Shown: positions 1 through 13,079, counted from the stretch's first letter. The stretch is 64,000 bases of DNA from Camelus ferus (GCF_009834535.1 NC_045696.1:10604001-10668000), one strand, 5' to 3'. Notes: generated by a model not told the origin, from the sequence alone. Made by a program: numbers and translations.

Positions 1-1364
1 TTTTCTAATCTATTACAGTTAATCTATTTGGGGCATGAGACTCCTAAACTGTTGAATTCCCCATGGTTGGTTAAGAAACCCTCCAGGAAAAGACTGGTTT
101 TACTTTGAAGTCCCTAAAAACCTCGAGACTTTTCTTAGTTTGTAAATGTGGGAGAGTAGCCACAAGTTCCTCTGGATTCTTATTTATTTGATTCGATCCT
201 TGGATGCCTTTGAGCCAGAATTTGATGGTTTGTTTTTAGGACTGTTCTGATATTATCTTGTCAACCATTTTAAACTTCATGCTTCTTATATTTTTGTCAA
301 CCTATCAGACAAGCCTCAGGAGTCACAGCCATGTTGTCAAGATAACACTTCTGGCAACAGTAATATCATCTCAGTGAATTTCACCTAATTTTAGGTGAGT
401 CCACATTCCTTGATGGAAATAGAAGCAAATAAAACATGCTGTGACTTTGATGAAATAAATTAGATGCAGAACCTTGAAGTGGTAGACGTGCTTTGTAGAC
501 ACAATAAAGAAGTCACCACCATAACCACAACCATTGTTGGGACCTGCAATGATCCTGCAATGAGCAAGGCCACTAACACAGCTCTGGCCAGCTCAGAGTT
601 GACTTTTGGTTGTTCCTGATTTTACCAGTTTTGCAGAGCTATAGGCTTAGCAAATGTGCGTCTTTAAGACTGTCTCTTGGCTTCATTAAATTTGCTTCAG
701 TGCTACAGGACAAATAAGACAGGTGACTGAATCAAAATTCACAAAAATCAAAATCAAAATCAAAGTGGCCACCAGAAATTTTGAATGCAAAGATTTAGCT
801 TGATCAGACTTATGGCATTTGGGTGAGTGATCAAAGCAAATGCTGCTTTCCTCTAGAGCTGTGATTCCTACCATGATGGAACTGTAACATTTCCCCCTAT
901 TTCTAAACCAGCTATGTTTTATATATATATAAAATCTATATATCTATATGGCATGTGTATATGTGTCTGTGTTTCAATTTAAGCAACATTGATGTCATTG
1001 TCTTATGAAAATATTTTATTGATTTTACTATGCTGTTTAGGGAATTTGGAGATGCTCTGTGTTTTATAAAGCCAAGGCTGAGAATGGCCATTCCAGAGAG
1101 ATCTGGTGGTCTATTTGGGCACCTGTCCATTAACTTACCCCAGTTCTAGAGTGTGGGAAATAATAGGAGAGACTCGAGGAGTTTGCTTGGCTGTGGTGAG
1201 CAAGAAGATGTGATTTGGAGGGTGGGGACTGAGCTGTAACTCCGCCCAGACATTTTAAATGGCCCCTGCTTTGAGCCTTGGCAGACACCTTCCTGGTCAC
1301 CTTGATAGTGGCTGTTAGTTGCTGAGCTCAGAAGCCTAGATCCCACTCTTAGAACTCCTGACTC

Positions 1365-1720
1365 CAAGAGGGTACCTGAGCTGCTGGAATTAAGACTACA
1401 TTTCCCAGCCTCTCGCTGATAGGAGTGGTCATATGACTAATTTCTGTCCTATTGGTCAGGATGTAAATAGAAGAGAAATGCTACAGGTTCTAAGGACATC
1501 CCTCAAGAGACAACTGGCCCAAGTACCTCAGCCCACCTTCCCCTATTCCTCTGGCTGTGAAGACCAGGGCCACACCCCAGAAACAGCAGAGCAGAAAATT
1601 GGGAGAAGCTATACCAGTACAGGGATGCCTGACTCCAGGGTCTCATGTGACAGAAAGAAACATATCCTCTGGAAGCCATTTTTCCAGGTCTCTTACTGAG
1701 AAACCAACCTAATTTTAATA
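1365..1720 (+). mobile_element. Ancient ERVL/MaLR LTR (LTR33/MLT1-like)
   Basis: Contains 'ctacatttcccagcctc...ggtcatatgactaa' and a 3' end 'gaagccattt...ggtctcttac...aacctaat' typical of LTR33/MLT1 LTRs. Confidence 0.6.
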
Positions 1721-2299
1721 TGTTGATTCCTTTTATCCCTTCAAAATTTACCTGCTTGTATTAATTCCCCCAGACCAGAGCCATTCTCCCTAAAACATTC
1801 AAATAATTCAGAGTATTTAGTGATTATTTTGTGCTTCCCCTGTCAAGCAGTATAGTTATCTTTTTTACTGGAACCTTCAGAAGATTGCATCCTAAACCAG
1901 TAATTTAAAAAAAAAAAAACTCACGTTCAAAAGAAATTCAGTGCCTTTCTCATTGTTTCTGGGAAGTCCTGGTACGTGTGCTTGTGTTGGTCAGGGGTGA
2001 GCTTACATTCTACTGGTTAATGCTTGTCTCCTCTTTTTCCCACCCCAGCCCCTGGCTTTTTCCTCCATCACATCTGAGGGTTTTCTCATTGCTGTATTGT
2101 CATTGCCCTCTTCCAAGGACACAGTCCCCTTTATTTCTCAAGGCACCTCTAACACGATGCTAATGAACTTTCAGTATATAATGGATCTTTATTGAAGGTT
2201 TGGGAGTATCATAGTGTGATTATAGCAAAGACAAATGAAAAACTTACAATCTGGTTTCCATCACCAGTGTTGAGGTTCTTCACCTATACTCACTTGGTG

Positions 2300-2722
2300 T
2301 CAGTTAGGGCGGCTTGGATGTTGTAGGTTGACACCACCTAAAAGCTCGCTCACTCACATGTTTACAGTTGGTGCTGATTGTTGGCAGAGACCTAGTTGGG
2401 TGGGGCTGTCAGTTGGGACACCTCCACATGAACTCCCCATGAGGCCTCGGCTTCCTTACAACATGGTGGCCGTATTTGAAAGGCAAGCATCTTGAGAGAG
2501 TGAGCCAGGCAGAAGCTAAATTACCTTTTATTACCTGGCCTCAGAAATCATGCAGGACCACTTCTACCACATTCTATTTGTCGAGGCACCCATAAAGTCC
2601 TGCCTAAGTTCAAGGGGAGTGGAAATAGACTCCACCTCTTGATGAAGGATGACAAGATTCTGGAAGAGCATGGAGGCATGGAAATACTGTTGTGGCCATC
2701 TTGGGAAACACAGTCTGCCACA
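2300..2722 (-). mobile_element. MaLR LTR (MLT1H/F-like)
   Basis: 'gctcactcacatg', 'cttccttacaacatggtggc', 'cacttctaccacattctatt', 'gactccacctcttgatg' and terminal 'ctgccaca' match antisense MLT1. Confidence 0.75.
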
Positions 2723-3149
2723 CGCATCACAGGTCATCCTTTATTGGCCATCATTCCTAGGTTGTTGGGATTGCTGTCTTCCAGTGGGGACCCTGTCCAC
2801 CTCCCTTTTCCTCAGATTATTCCTCTCAATAAACTCCCAAGCGTCAATCCAGAGAAAACTGAAAGCATCCACTCTTTTATGAATATGCAGAGCCATTTGG
2901 TTCTCTCTGTCTCACCCTCCCCATTCCCTGCTCTGCCCTTGACCTCACCTTTCATAGCCAAGAGGTTCATTAAAGTGTTTCTTAAAACTAAAGACTAGTT
3001 CTCTTCCAAAGCAGAAGGGACATAAATAGCAGACACTTAAAAAGTAGTATTTTTCTTTTTCCCTCATACATCACTGACACTTTTAGGCACTGATATGTGT
3101 GCAGTTAGTGACTTTTCATAGGTCATGGAGTGAGGGGGGTTTGGAATAA

Positions 3150-3325
3150 GGCAGAATAGATGAGAGTTCTTATTTTACCATATATTAACTGTGTGCTTTT
3201 GGCAAGTTGCTTAGCTGTTTTTGCCTTTATTTCCTCATCTGTAGAAGTAAGAGTAATATTCCCCACATTATAAGGTGACTGAGAGAACTCGTGTGACCCT
3301 GAGTGAAGAGGGCTTAGCATCACAG
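3150..3325 (+). mobile_element. MIR SINE
   Basis: MIR core 'ggcaagttgcttagc...tttcctcatctgtagaag'. Confidence 0.75.
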
Positions 3326-4769
3326 AAAGTTCATAAAGATGAAAGCTGTTGATCTTATTAAGGCTGAAGTGGGGGTTGGGAGAAGGGGATAAAAAGTTTT
3401 ATAAGTTGTTAATTTGTAATAAATCCCCAAAGGGATGGTCTTTCAAACTCATACTTACTTAAAAATTTATCAACAGGGGAAAAGTTCTTAGGAGAGAAAA
3501 GGATTTTTTTTTTTTTTAGCATAAAGCTGATTTTCTAATATTTGAGGAAAGCTTAGAAGGTGTAGTCTGTAGAAAACTGTCCCTAGTCCCTGGACTCCAG
3601 GAAGGTGGCACTGTCTTGATGGAACTCAGTCTCATCACCTGTGAAATGAAGAGTATGTGGTCCCAACCACTTCCTGAGGTCACATACACTTGGACATCTA
3701 TGTCTTTTATGTTAGATTACTAATGAAAATCTTTTATCAGATGTTTGGTTAAGTATGGATTATATTTAAGATACCTATATATATTTTTTTCTTGCCTGAA
3801 AATCGCTGCAGTGAAGAGCAGGCTGGAATTATGTCTGGGGTGAGGTAATTCTCTTAGTGGGCTGTTTTTCTTGATCTTAGACCAAAACTCTCATTTATAA
3901 TAGAGTGGTCTGTCACTAGAATGTCCCAAAGGCATGGGAGGTGTCCTTGGTGCTGAATTACAGGCAGGGAATCCATTAATCAACACCCAAGATGATCATC
4001 TCTGCTTTTGATGACAGAGAGACAGAGAGAGAAGAAATCTGACATATGATACATTCCTGGGTTGTTGTTTGTTTCATTTTGTATTTTGGAAGGGGTGGAT
4101 GGGGCAATGTGCTGATCAGATAAAGACTAGAAAGAACAAGATTCTTAAAAATAAATTTGTGGTGATGACCAGGGGATGGGTGCTGCCCATAGATTTTCAG
4201 GGCTTCCCTGTGTTGTCATGGGGATTAATTAGTCAATGTTTGTGCCTTATTTTGGAGTCACATTGAGTTAAGTATGTTCACGGAGCTGTGACTCAGATGC
4301 TAAACTATTTTCAAAAGGGAAAGTGTGTGTTAAGGGTTTCTGAGTGGTGGGGCCCCAGTACTTGTACTATCACACTTGAAAGCATTCTTTCGTGCTATGT
4401 GAATAACATCTTGCCAAAATATGTTGACTATTTTTAGCTAAAAAATTTTAGATTAAAATTAAATTTGCAAAGTGATATCTGAGAAAAATATGTTGGAAAT
4501 CCAAGGAGAATTGGCATCAATAGGATTTTTAAGAAAATTCCCTTCCTTCTTTTCTTTATCCTTCCCTTTTTCCTTCCCTACAACTGCTTTGCCTTTCTTA
4601 CACTGAGTCTTTATGTTAAACAACAGGCCTTTCCTGTTTTTTGATATGAAGACTTTTTGGTAGATTAAACAGCTCAACTTTATTCAATCATTATTTACTC
4701 CATATCTTTTCCATTAAAAATACTAGATGTACCTTATTTATCTTTATAGGCATCAGAGAAGTTAGAATT

Positions 4770-4830
4770 GCATTCATTCATTCATTCAACAAAGATTTCT
4801 GGGGCACCTTCTCTGTGCCAGGCCCTGGAC
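4770..4830 (-). mobile_element. L2 3' end
   Basis: (CATT)n followed by 'caacaaagatttctggggcaccttctctgtgccaggc'. Confidence 0.7.
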
Positions 4831-5779
4831 ATGGAGTGGTGTTTCATGCGATTCCAATTCAATGCTCATATGTCATAGGGGGCCTCACAATACGAGTGGA
4901 TCAGTTTTCCTATAAAATTACCTATCAGGAAATGTAAAATCCTTAGATTTTTAGGTCACCAGATAGTTACATTATGTTTTTATTAACTCAGAGTAGACCT
5001 TATGACCATCAGTTGTTTCTGGTAACTTAGATGTTATATGAATGGTCTTGCCCTTGCTTTTAGTTAAATTTTGTTTTTTCATTCTTTGCAGGTAAAGAGA
5101 TGCTTCCTGGTTTCCTTCTTGCTCTGAAGAAGTAGATTTTTTCTCCTGGTCCAGGCTGGTTGCAGGTATCTACCAATATATGATACATCTTCAAGTAACC
5201 CATTGAAGGTGCTGTGGCCAATAAAAACTGCTCAGGTCTAAAGGAAGACTTAGGAGTTAAAATAATACTTGCCTTGAGTATTTAAAATTACTATTATTAC
5301 AGACAAGGTCTTGTTTGGGAAACAACATAATATAAAGTGCTGATAAATTGGTTTGTATAAACTCAAATACCCCAAATCCATATACCTCTTGAATTCACTA
5401 AGAACTCTTAGTACATGCTTGACATGTCCTCCACGCATGACAAATATTATTTGAATATTTAGATTACTTATACAGCTTGCCCTTTGGATCTTTTCTGTTT
5501 TCTGTGCCATCATGCTGGTCCCAGGGGTCTTGAGGGACTAAACCTGGCAAAGTCTATGTCTGTAATTGACATTCATATGTAGGCAACTTCCCAGTTATAA
5601 ATGAGTTGTTTTTCAAAAACTTCATTTCTTAGATCACCACGTGGCATTTATAGCATATTTCTCAATATAAGGGCCATTACACCCATTTTCTGCTGATGTC
5701 AGAAAGCCCCCTGGGGGCAGGAATGGAGTCTCTCTCACTTTTGGGTCCTGTGCACCATGTCTCCCTTGAAGTATGTGCT

Positions 5780-6080
5780 CGGTAGTGGAGAGAATGACAC
5801 TTAACCCCTCTCTCTGAATGCCCCCTCCCATCTCTCCAACCCTTCAAGATTCGGCTCCAGTGTCACACCTTAGTGAAGCCTGGTGGCCCCAGGCAGAGCT
5901 CATCTGCTCTTCTCTCAACATCCTTAGAGTCTTATATTTTGATGAATTAGTGATGATTTTTCTGGTGTTTCTGTGAACTTCTTGAGGGTAGGGGACCTGA
6001 TTCACCTGCCTGGGGATCCCTAAGACCCAGTTCTATACCTGAAACCTGGCTATATCTCAATAAATATTTAATTGAATATA
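5780..6080 (+). mobile_element. L2 3' fragment
   Basis: 'tgtgaacttcttgagggtagggacc...ctcaataaatatttaattgaat'. Confidence 0.7.
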
Positions 6081-8597
6081 TACATATTTGTTAGAATTGC
6101 AGGCCACCCCAGAGGCAAGTTGTGATGTGGCTGAATTCTCATGTCTAGAGCCTACCACCGTGGGTAATATCACTCCTAGACAAAACCTCATTCTGAAGTT
6201 CAATGTCAGGAAGAGAAAGGTCCAGCGTAGAGGGTAGGAGGGGATGGAAGTGGTCTTTTGGGGAGGGGAAGTGAGAAGAGGAAGCAAATCCCAGGGGTTT
6301 CCAATAGGAATACAGTGGCCCAGTGACCAAGGGGAAGGTTTCTAGATCTGGTGATGAGGATGTGTGTCCTCAGCAAGGATGCCCACTGACAGTGAGGAAG
6401 CGCTGTCAGTGAGAATCCACCTGTCTCCCTCTCTGGTTGGATGTGTGGTATTTCGGGAGCCAGGGAGTGGTGGGCTGGATCTGCTCTGCTCATGCCCCTG
6501 TGACATGGACTCTCCAGGGCTCCAGCCTGGCTCCCTGGGGCTGCAGGGCGGGCAGGTTAGGAGGCAGCCACTGGGCACCTGGTTTGCTCTGTGCTCTGGG
6601 TACAGATTACTCCGTGGTGATCTCACCATTGCGGACAACTGTGATAACTTCGTGCGCTCAGCTCACCACGTCACAAAGGGACCCCCAACATCCCTTCTGT
6701 GGGAATCACATGCCTCAGGGTTAGCAAGAGAAAAGAGGGCGGCTTATGTGTCAAGCATGACTTACTTAAAATACTAAATGAAACCCATGTTGAGGGCCTT
6801 TACGAAATGGCAGCTGATCACTGGCTTCAGGTCTCTCACTCATGCTCCCAGAATTCAACTTCCAGCAACATATGTCAATTTTACTGAAAAAAAAATAAGG
6901 CCAAGTGCTGGCATTTCAAGTTGGTTCTTCAGTGTGATATTCTTAAACAACCATAGTGAAACTTAAAGCCGGAAATGGATGGCAAAACAGAGTCGGGGGG
7001 GGGGGTGGTGCTGGTGGTCCCCTGACCTGATCTTTGAACAATGAACAGGCTGTCCTGTGAGTGTCAGGAATCAAAGTCCTCCTGGCTAGTCTTTTATCCT
7101 GCTTTATCCTATTGAGTCAAACTTTAAAAAGAGAAATACCCCTTCTGGGCATTTTAGGGAGTGTGGAGACAGAAAGCGGTGGAGGAAAGGATACACTGAA
7201 AGACAAGATTGCGGAGACAGCTGAAGTCCAGTGATGGCTAGCGGCCCTGTCTTGTTGCCGTCCGGCAGAAGGCCGGGAGGAGGGGAGCATAAACAGAGGC
7301 ATCTGGTCCCCCAGCATGGAGCGGCGGGCCCGTGAACCGTGGCAGATGCAGCCTCAGCTGTGATTGGGCACGAGGCATCGGTGTCCAAGCCTGGGTCACG
7401 CGCGGGGCCCGTTTTAACTGTGACAGTGCGGTGTCAAACTGCCATTCTTTCTTTCTAGGGTGTTTTTTTTTTTTCCTCTGAAATCTGCCAGCTCTCGGAA
7501 GCAGCGTAGACTAGGCCCCTCGGGTTCACAGGCTGGAGGAAGCGAGCAGGGAAAAGCCGTGAGTGACATCCAGAGAGGGACGCTGGAGGGGGAGCGAGAG
7601 AGCCAGCAGTGAGCGCGGCAAGATGTGAAAAGAGAGGCTCTGGGTTATGCATTGTGGGCAGAGTCAAGTGTAGACGAGGCCTAGGGGCCGTGGTTAGCAA
7701 ATTACACAGGAAGGCATTTTAAGGCTTTGCTTGCGAGGTATAAACGTGAACTCTGGGAATACTTTTAAAAATGTTCTTTATCAAAACTTAAGAAGAAAGC
7801 CAGTGGTATCAAGTTTCTTAAAAATCACTTGATATATTTGTGGAGGAAACCAAGAGAATAGGTGTATTTAGGATAGAGACATTGTGTTATGGCAAAATGT
7901 AACTTTGCTCTCCCTGGTCTCCAGAGCATTTAATTAACATAACTGCCCTCCCCCTGATGTGTGGGGCAGTCTGGTGGAGCAGACCCTCTTTGGTCATGGC
8001 CGATAACAATTCTTAAACCTCATCTGGAAGCAATTTGAAATAGCCTGTCTTTCTCCACTGCGGGGTGGCTGCTTCCCCCTCTCTCCCTCTGTTCCTCACT
8101 CTCTTTCTTGTTAGGAAGGAGGGAATTAAAAAACTTTAATTTAAACTTTAAAAAAAATTAATTAAAAAAAAATCCTTCCAATTCAGGTTTTTACTTTCTG
8201 TTTGTTTCTGAAAGCCTGGAGATGGGGGCGAGGAGATAAAGCTGCAACTGGGATCAGAGGGAAGTTTGCCTCTGTGGCTGAGTCTGTGGTGAGAACCACG
8301 TGTCTTCTGATCTTCCTTCCATCGTCAAGCTTTTGTGTTTGGCTTTTTCTATTCTCCTGTCTTTTTCTTCAGTGCCGTGTCCCTCGTGGGATTCGTTCCA
8401 GGTTTTTCTTATTTCCTTTCCTGTCTCTCATCCAGCAGGGAGGGACTAATACATCAGAGACAACTTAGAAACCTCTGGACTAAAAAGACATCCCAGTTCT
8501 GGGTGCAGGGACCTGGAAAATTCCCCAGTGATGGGGCATCCCGGGAGCCTAGGACCGCAGAGTCCCAGGGAAGTGCGTTAGGGTTGTGCTTATAGTT

Positions 8598-8638
8598 CAA
8601 AAAACAAACAAACAAACAAAAAAAAACAAAACAAAAAC
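8598..8638. repeat. (AAAC)n / A-rich microsatellite
   Basis: Directly visible. Confidence 0.9.
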
Positions 8639-10956
8639 AGTCAAAGGAACAAAAAACCTAATCATATTGCTCTCCCTAGTCTGATTTCTATTAAGCTCAG
8701 ATTGGTTCCTTACAGATGTGGATTTCTGAGTCCTTAAATCCTGTAATTTCCTATGATGCTAGAATCTCTGTCTTTTCCTTTCTTCCTCGCTTTCGCTCTC
8801 TCAACATATAATCCTTGCATCCGATGTCTTAGAATTTGCTTCCATCTCTCGCTAGGTGCATGTCCTATACCTACATCAAAATCCCTTCCAACTCCTCAGC
8901 AGGAGAATGTATTTCCCTATTTCTCTTCCATTGACTGGTCTCTGTGTTTGATTTTCTACCTCTGTGTCATTGTGTCTCCTCCCCGACTGTCCTTTCCATT
9001 CTTAAGGGGTGGCTCAGCTTTTGGTACTCACCTCTGCACCTTTTTTACTCAGACTCTTTGGAAACAGGGCATAGGTGGTGCTCTGACACCCTAAACATCT
9101 CTCGGTCTCTGAATAAAAGTCATTCACATACAATGGTTCCAGCTGTGCAGGACAAGCAGGGCTGTTTCTAAACGGTGGGCAAGCCAGGCGTCTCAGCACT
9201 GTGTTTGCAACTGAGTTTGTCCTTGTCCAGCAGAAACCTTTTATTTACCTTAAGTGAAGTCTCCCCCAGAAGACCATCTCTACACTTACTCTCCCGGAGA
9301 CCAGGATAAACAGCAAGTGTTCACACGGCTGTTGGTGCAAGGTGCCTCTCCTCGCCGAACATCTGGCCCCTTGATAAATTGTTACAGTGCTCCCGGCCCA
9401 TCGTGGGGCTGGCGTGCGCTGCCCGGGATCTGTTCTCAAGTTGTTGCGGGGACCCCGCCGTATGATGACAATTAGGAGCTGTTAGTGTGCAGATGAGGCC
9501 CGCGAGTGGCAGGTGGCGGGAACGGGCCTCAATTAACTAACAGGCACCAAATCCCTTCCTAATGAGGCTGGGCCACCCAGATGAGCCAGGAGGCATGTGT
9601 CAGTGACAGCAACAGAGGCTTTGCACTGGAGATGGGGAGAGGCCTGTCAACAGGTTCCTGGCTCAGGCACAGAGGCAGCCCTTTTGGCAGAGCTTCGTGG
9701 CTCAGGAAGAGCTGTTCTGGGCCAGCCGGGGCTGCGGAGCAGGCGTCATGGGTGTGGCAAGTGCGGGACTTGGTTTTGCTCATTTTCTCTTTCCGAGTGG
9801 CCCCCTCCCAGCACAATTCACCTCCCTTATTGTGTGTGAGCGAAGAGTTACACGGTACGTGAGACACGGCAAGGTAACGATGTCAGAAACGTAGAAAAGG
9901 GCCTTTGTCTTGAGTGGAATTTGAATTCCAAATAACGCAGCAAGTGTCACATTGGGCGCTGTAGTTCACTTCCATTTCCATTTCCATGGCAAATCTTCCA
10001 GGTTGTGTGTGATTTCATCATCTGAACTTATACAGGATTGAAACCTGCCCGGCTCACTGGGAGATTTTAAGGATTAAAAAAAGAAGCGCAGAACTTTAAG
10101 AAGGCACCAGGTGTTAGCAGGGCAGCATCACTGGAGGAATTCTGGGCTTCTCAGTTATCCCACCTGCCCTGGAGCGTGAATCTCCCCAGTTTTTCACAAA
10201 CTTGAAACAAATCGAGATCTCTTGTTAGCTGAGTGCTCATGGTCCTGCTGGCGAGCGAAGGAGGGCACTGATTTATACATGCGTTTCCCCAGGGCCACCG
10301 CTTGTGCCCTGGGCAGTCTCAAGAGACGCCTTTGTGTGTGCACAGTCCTCTCTCCATAAACCCGTGTTCCAGTGCGTGGGTTAGAACCATATTTGAAACT
10401 GGTTATTTGCAATTCTTCCCTCCCTATCTTCTGTCTTCTCTTGCAGCACAAAGAGTCTTGAAGAGGGTCCGACACCTTAAAAATCAGGCAGAGAACCAGA
10501 ATCGGGGCTGTGACTGCCCGTTTGTCCACACGTGTGACGATGTTTGTTTGGATAATATTATGAACCATATGTGCCAGGCTGCGGAGCTCAGAGACAAAGG
10601 GGTAAGCCAAGACCCCTTGGGGACCACCCCACGCTTCTCTCCTACTGTCGTTTCTGATCCAGATAGCGTTTAATTGAATGTTTCTGTCCTTTCTCTAATT
10701 TTGTTGTTATAACCACATATGTCTAAAAAGAAGATTCTCCTTTTGAAAGGGGGAGTTTACCAAAGTTTATTTATCAAGTTGATTTTATCTTTAAATGGTT
10801 CTGGCTTCATGTCTTAGATAACTGAAGACTCTCTATTTAAATTCTGTGGCATAAGTTCTGCCTTTTACTGTCTTGAGTATTGTATACTTAGGGATTCTCC
10901 AAGTCCTTTCAGGACAGTCCAGAAACACCAGTTGTAGGACTAGAAGATGGTACAAA

Positions 10957-11078
10957 TTTCTTTTTTCCCGTTCCTTCTTCCTTCCTTCCTTTCCTTCCTT
11001 CCTTCCCTCTTTCCTTCCTTCCTTTCCTCCCTCTTTCCTTCCTTCTTGCCTGCCTCTCTCTTTCATTCTTTCTTTTTT
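10957..11078. repeat. Degenerate (TTCC)n polypyrimidine tract
   Basis: About 120 bp almost purely C/T; explains the low-complexity ORFs at 10833-11171. Confidence 0.95.
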
Positions 11079-12437
11079 GGGCCGGACCCAGCTCCCAAAC
11101 CACTTTTTAGGTCAAAATGTCTTTGCTCTTCCAGAAACTCCATAGGGAATCAGTCCCTCAGAAACGTCTAGTGTCTTCCGAACCAACCTAAGAAGCTCCC
11201 CCAGTGAGCGCTGTACCTTCTCTCAGGCGCTGATGCATCTCTCTCGTCCTGTCCCACCGGCCTGTCACCCCTGTGAGAGGGGCAGGGGACCGTCTGACGG
11301 GCACCCACTTGATGGAAGAAGAAAGAAGGCCTCAGCAATATGCTTAAAGCTTCACGGCACATTTTTAGAATCTTGAAATTTTCATCCTGATTCCTTCAGA
11401 AGCTGACTCAGAGGCAAAGATTCGAGGCAAATAGTTTGAGAGTTGACCCCAGGAAACATTGTAGGAGATATGGGGAAGTGAGTTGCGGGAGGGAAGGAAG
11501 CGATAAAATTGCATTATTAAGCTAGTCATCGCTGTGAGAAACCAGTCTGACTTTCTAGGGGGGACTCCAGGGTTATTCCAATTGAGGGGCAACCCGTCTT
11601 CACTGGTTGAAGCTGCTTCCTGGGGCATTAACTCATCAGCACATCCATGCCAAGCATGGTCTCCAGGTCAGAAGAAAGCCTTCAGTTAAGGAAGCAGCTT
11701 TTGGCAGAATCTTCAGCACATAGGGGTCGTTGATGGGATGCTGGTAGCATCTGCTACACCTGACTTCCAGATTCCTCACCTGGATTTATTCTGCTTTTCC
11801 ATACCCTTTGGTGTGCAATGCAAGTGTTGGGAGCACAGGGAGGGGAAGGAGTCGGGGAGATGGTGGGAGGGAGGGAGCTTCAGTGAATCTTCTTAACTGC
11901 ACGCAATGCTGAGAGATAGAGAGATGCCACATTTCAGCAGCCCTCAAAAACTGAGTTTGATGAATGAAGAAATCCAGTTCATTTTCACCCACTGTGTGTG
12001 TGGACAGAACCAGTGGTGTGTGCCTATGGATTTCCTTGTATATTGTTAGTTAATGTTCCGTGTCTGTATGTATATGGTTAGAATCATGAATGTTAGCACT
12101 AGAAAGGAATTCAAAAATGCCTGCTCCTGAAATCAGACAAGGATTTCCCTGATCTTACAGATGATGCTGTGAGGACTAGAAAATTACCTGCTAGAGGGCC
12201 TACTGCATGTGGTACACCTGAATGGCCCCATCAGCTTGGGTGCTTCTGTCCACTTTCCCAGGTCCCTCCCAGTTAGAGCCAAGGTGGATTTCCAGCCGAA
12301 TGCCCAATCCATCCTTAGCTCCGCCTTCTTCTCCACATCTTAGTCTGCCTTAGCTCCTTTCTCTTGCCTTCCGAACCCTGACTTGACTGGTCTAGAACTC
12401 AACATCAAAGACTCCCCAGGCTAGAAGTTCCTTTCAG

Positions 12438-12640
12438 CCAGTGGTGTGGGGTGAAGGTTTAACAGCTGCCTCTCCAGGGGTGGGGGTGGAGAGAGCTCTG
12501 ATTTTAAACACTGACCGATTTCCGTGGTGTAAATACTCCCACCAGGCCTTTTTTTGAGCCTCTGACAGAATATCACTGAACACAGAGTTGGGAAGAGATG
12601 CATTTTGTGCCAGTGAAAGCCAGTGCCACAAATCCCCACT
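12438..12640 (+). mobile_element. hAT-Blackjack DNA transposon (MER63A-like)
   Basis: 'ccagtggtgt', 'gccgatttccgtggtgtaaatactcccacca'-like core and 'cactgaacacagagttgggaagagatgc'. Confidence 0.8.
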
Positions 12641-13079
12641 CCAGTCCGCAAGCAGCTGAAATGCCCACCTGACTGGGAAATCTCCCAACCTCGAACATCT
12701 ACCATCCCAAAGCCCCCTGGCAGCCAAACATTCTCTGCGCCCTCGCCATCCTCAGGCCCTCATCCCTGCTCATGCTTCTAAATCAGGCCAGTGTCCTTTC
12801 AAAGTGTTCACTTCAGACAGCTCCCCCGGGGAAGGGAAGAGAAGAAGGGTCTTCCTCCCCCCTACCACGTGGTGACAGAGGGGCCCTCAGGTCAGATGTC
12901 TGAGAGATGTCTCTTTTAGCCTGAGAGATGTCTGCAGAGGTGCCAGACCTCCCTCCAAGTTTTTCTGCAAGAAATATCTTTGTTCACTGGGACACAACTG
13001 GGATGTGGGTAGGATGTGAAGGTGACGCTGCTCATGTTTTGCGCTTATCTGTACTGGCTCGTTGGGTTTACAGCCAGAC

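Noticed and set aside
10833..11171. Low-complexity ORFs (RKEG / FLPS repeats)
   Set aside because: Translations of the TTCC microsatellite
12894..12933. Short direct repeats (ctgagagatgtct x2; also 19279-19303, 31363-31396, 49075-49100)
   Set aside because: Ordinary slippage duplications with no spacer-array structure; not CRISPR-like
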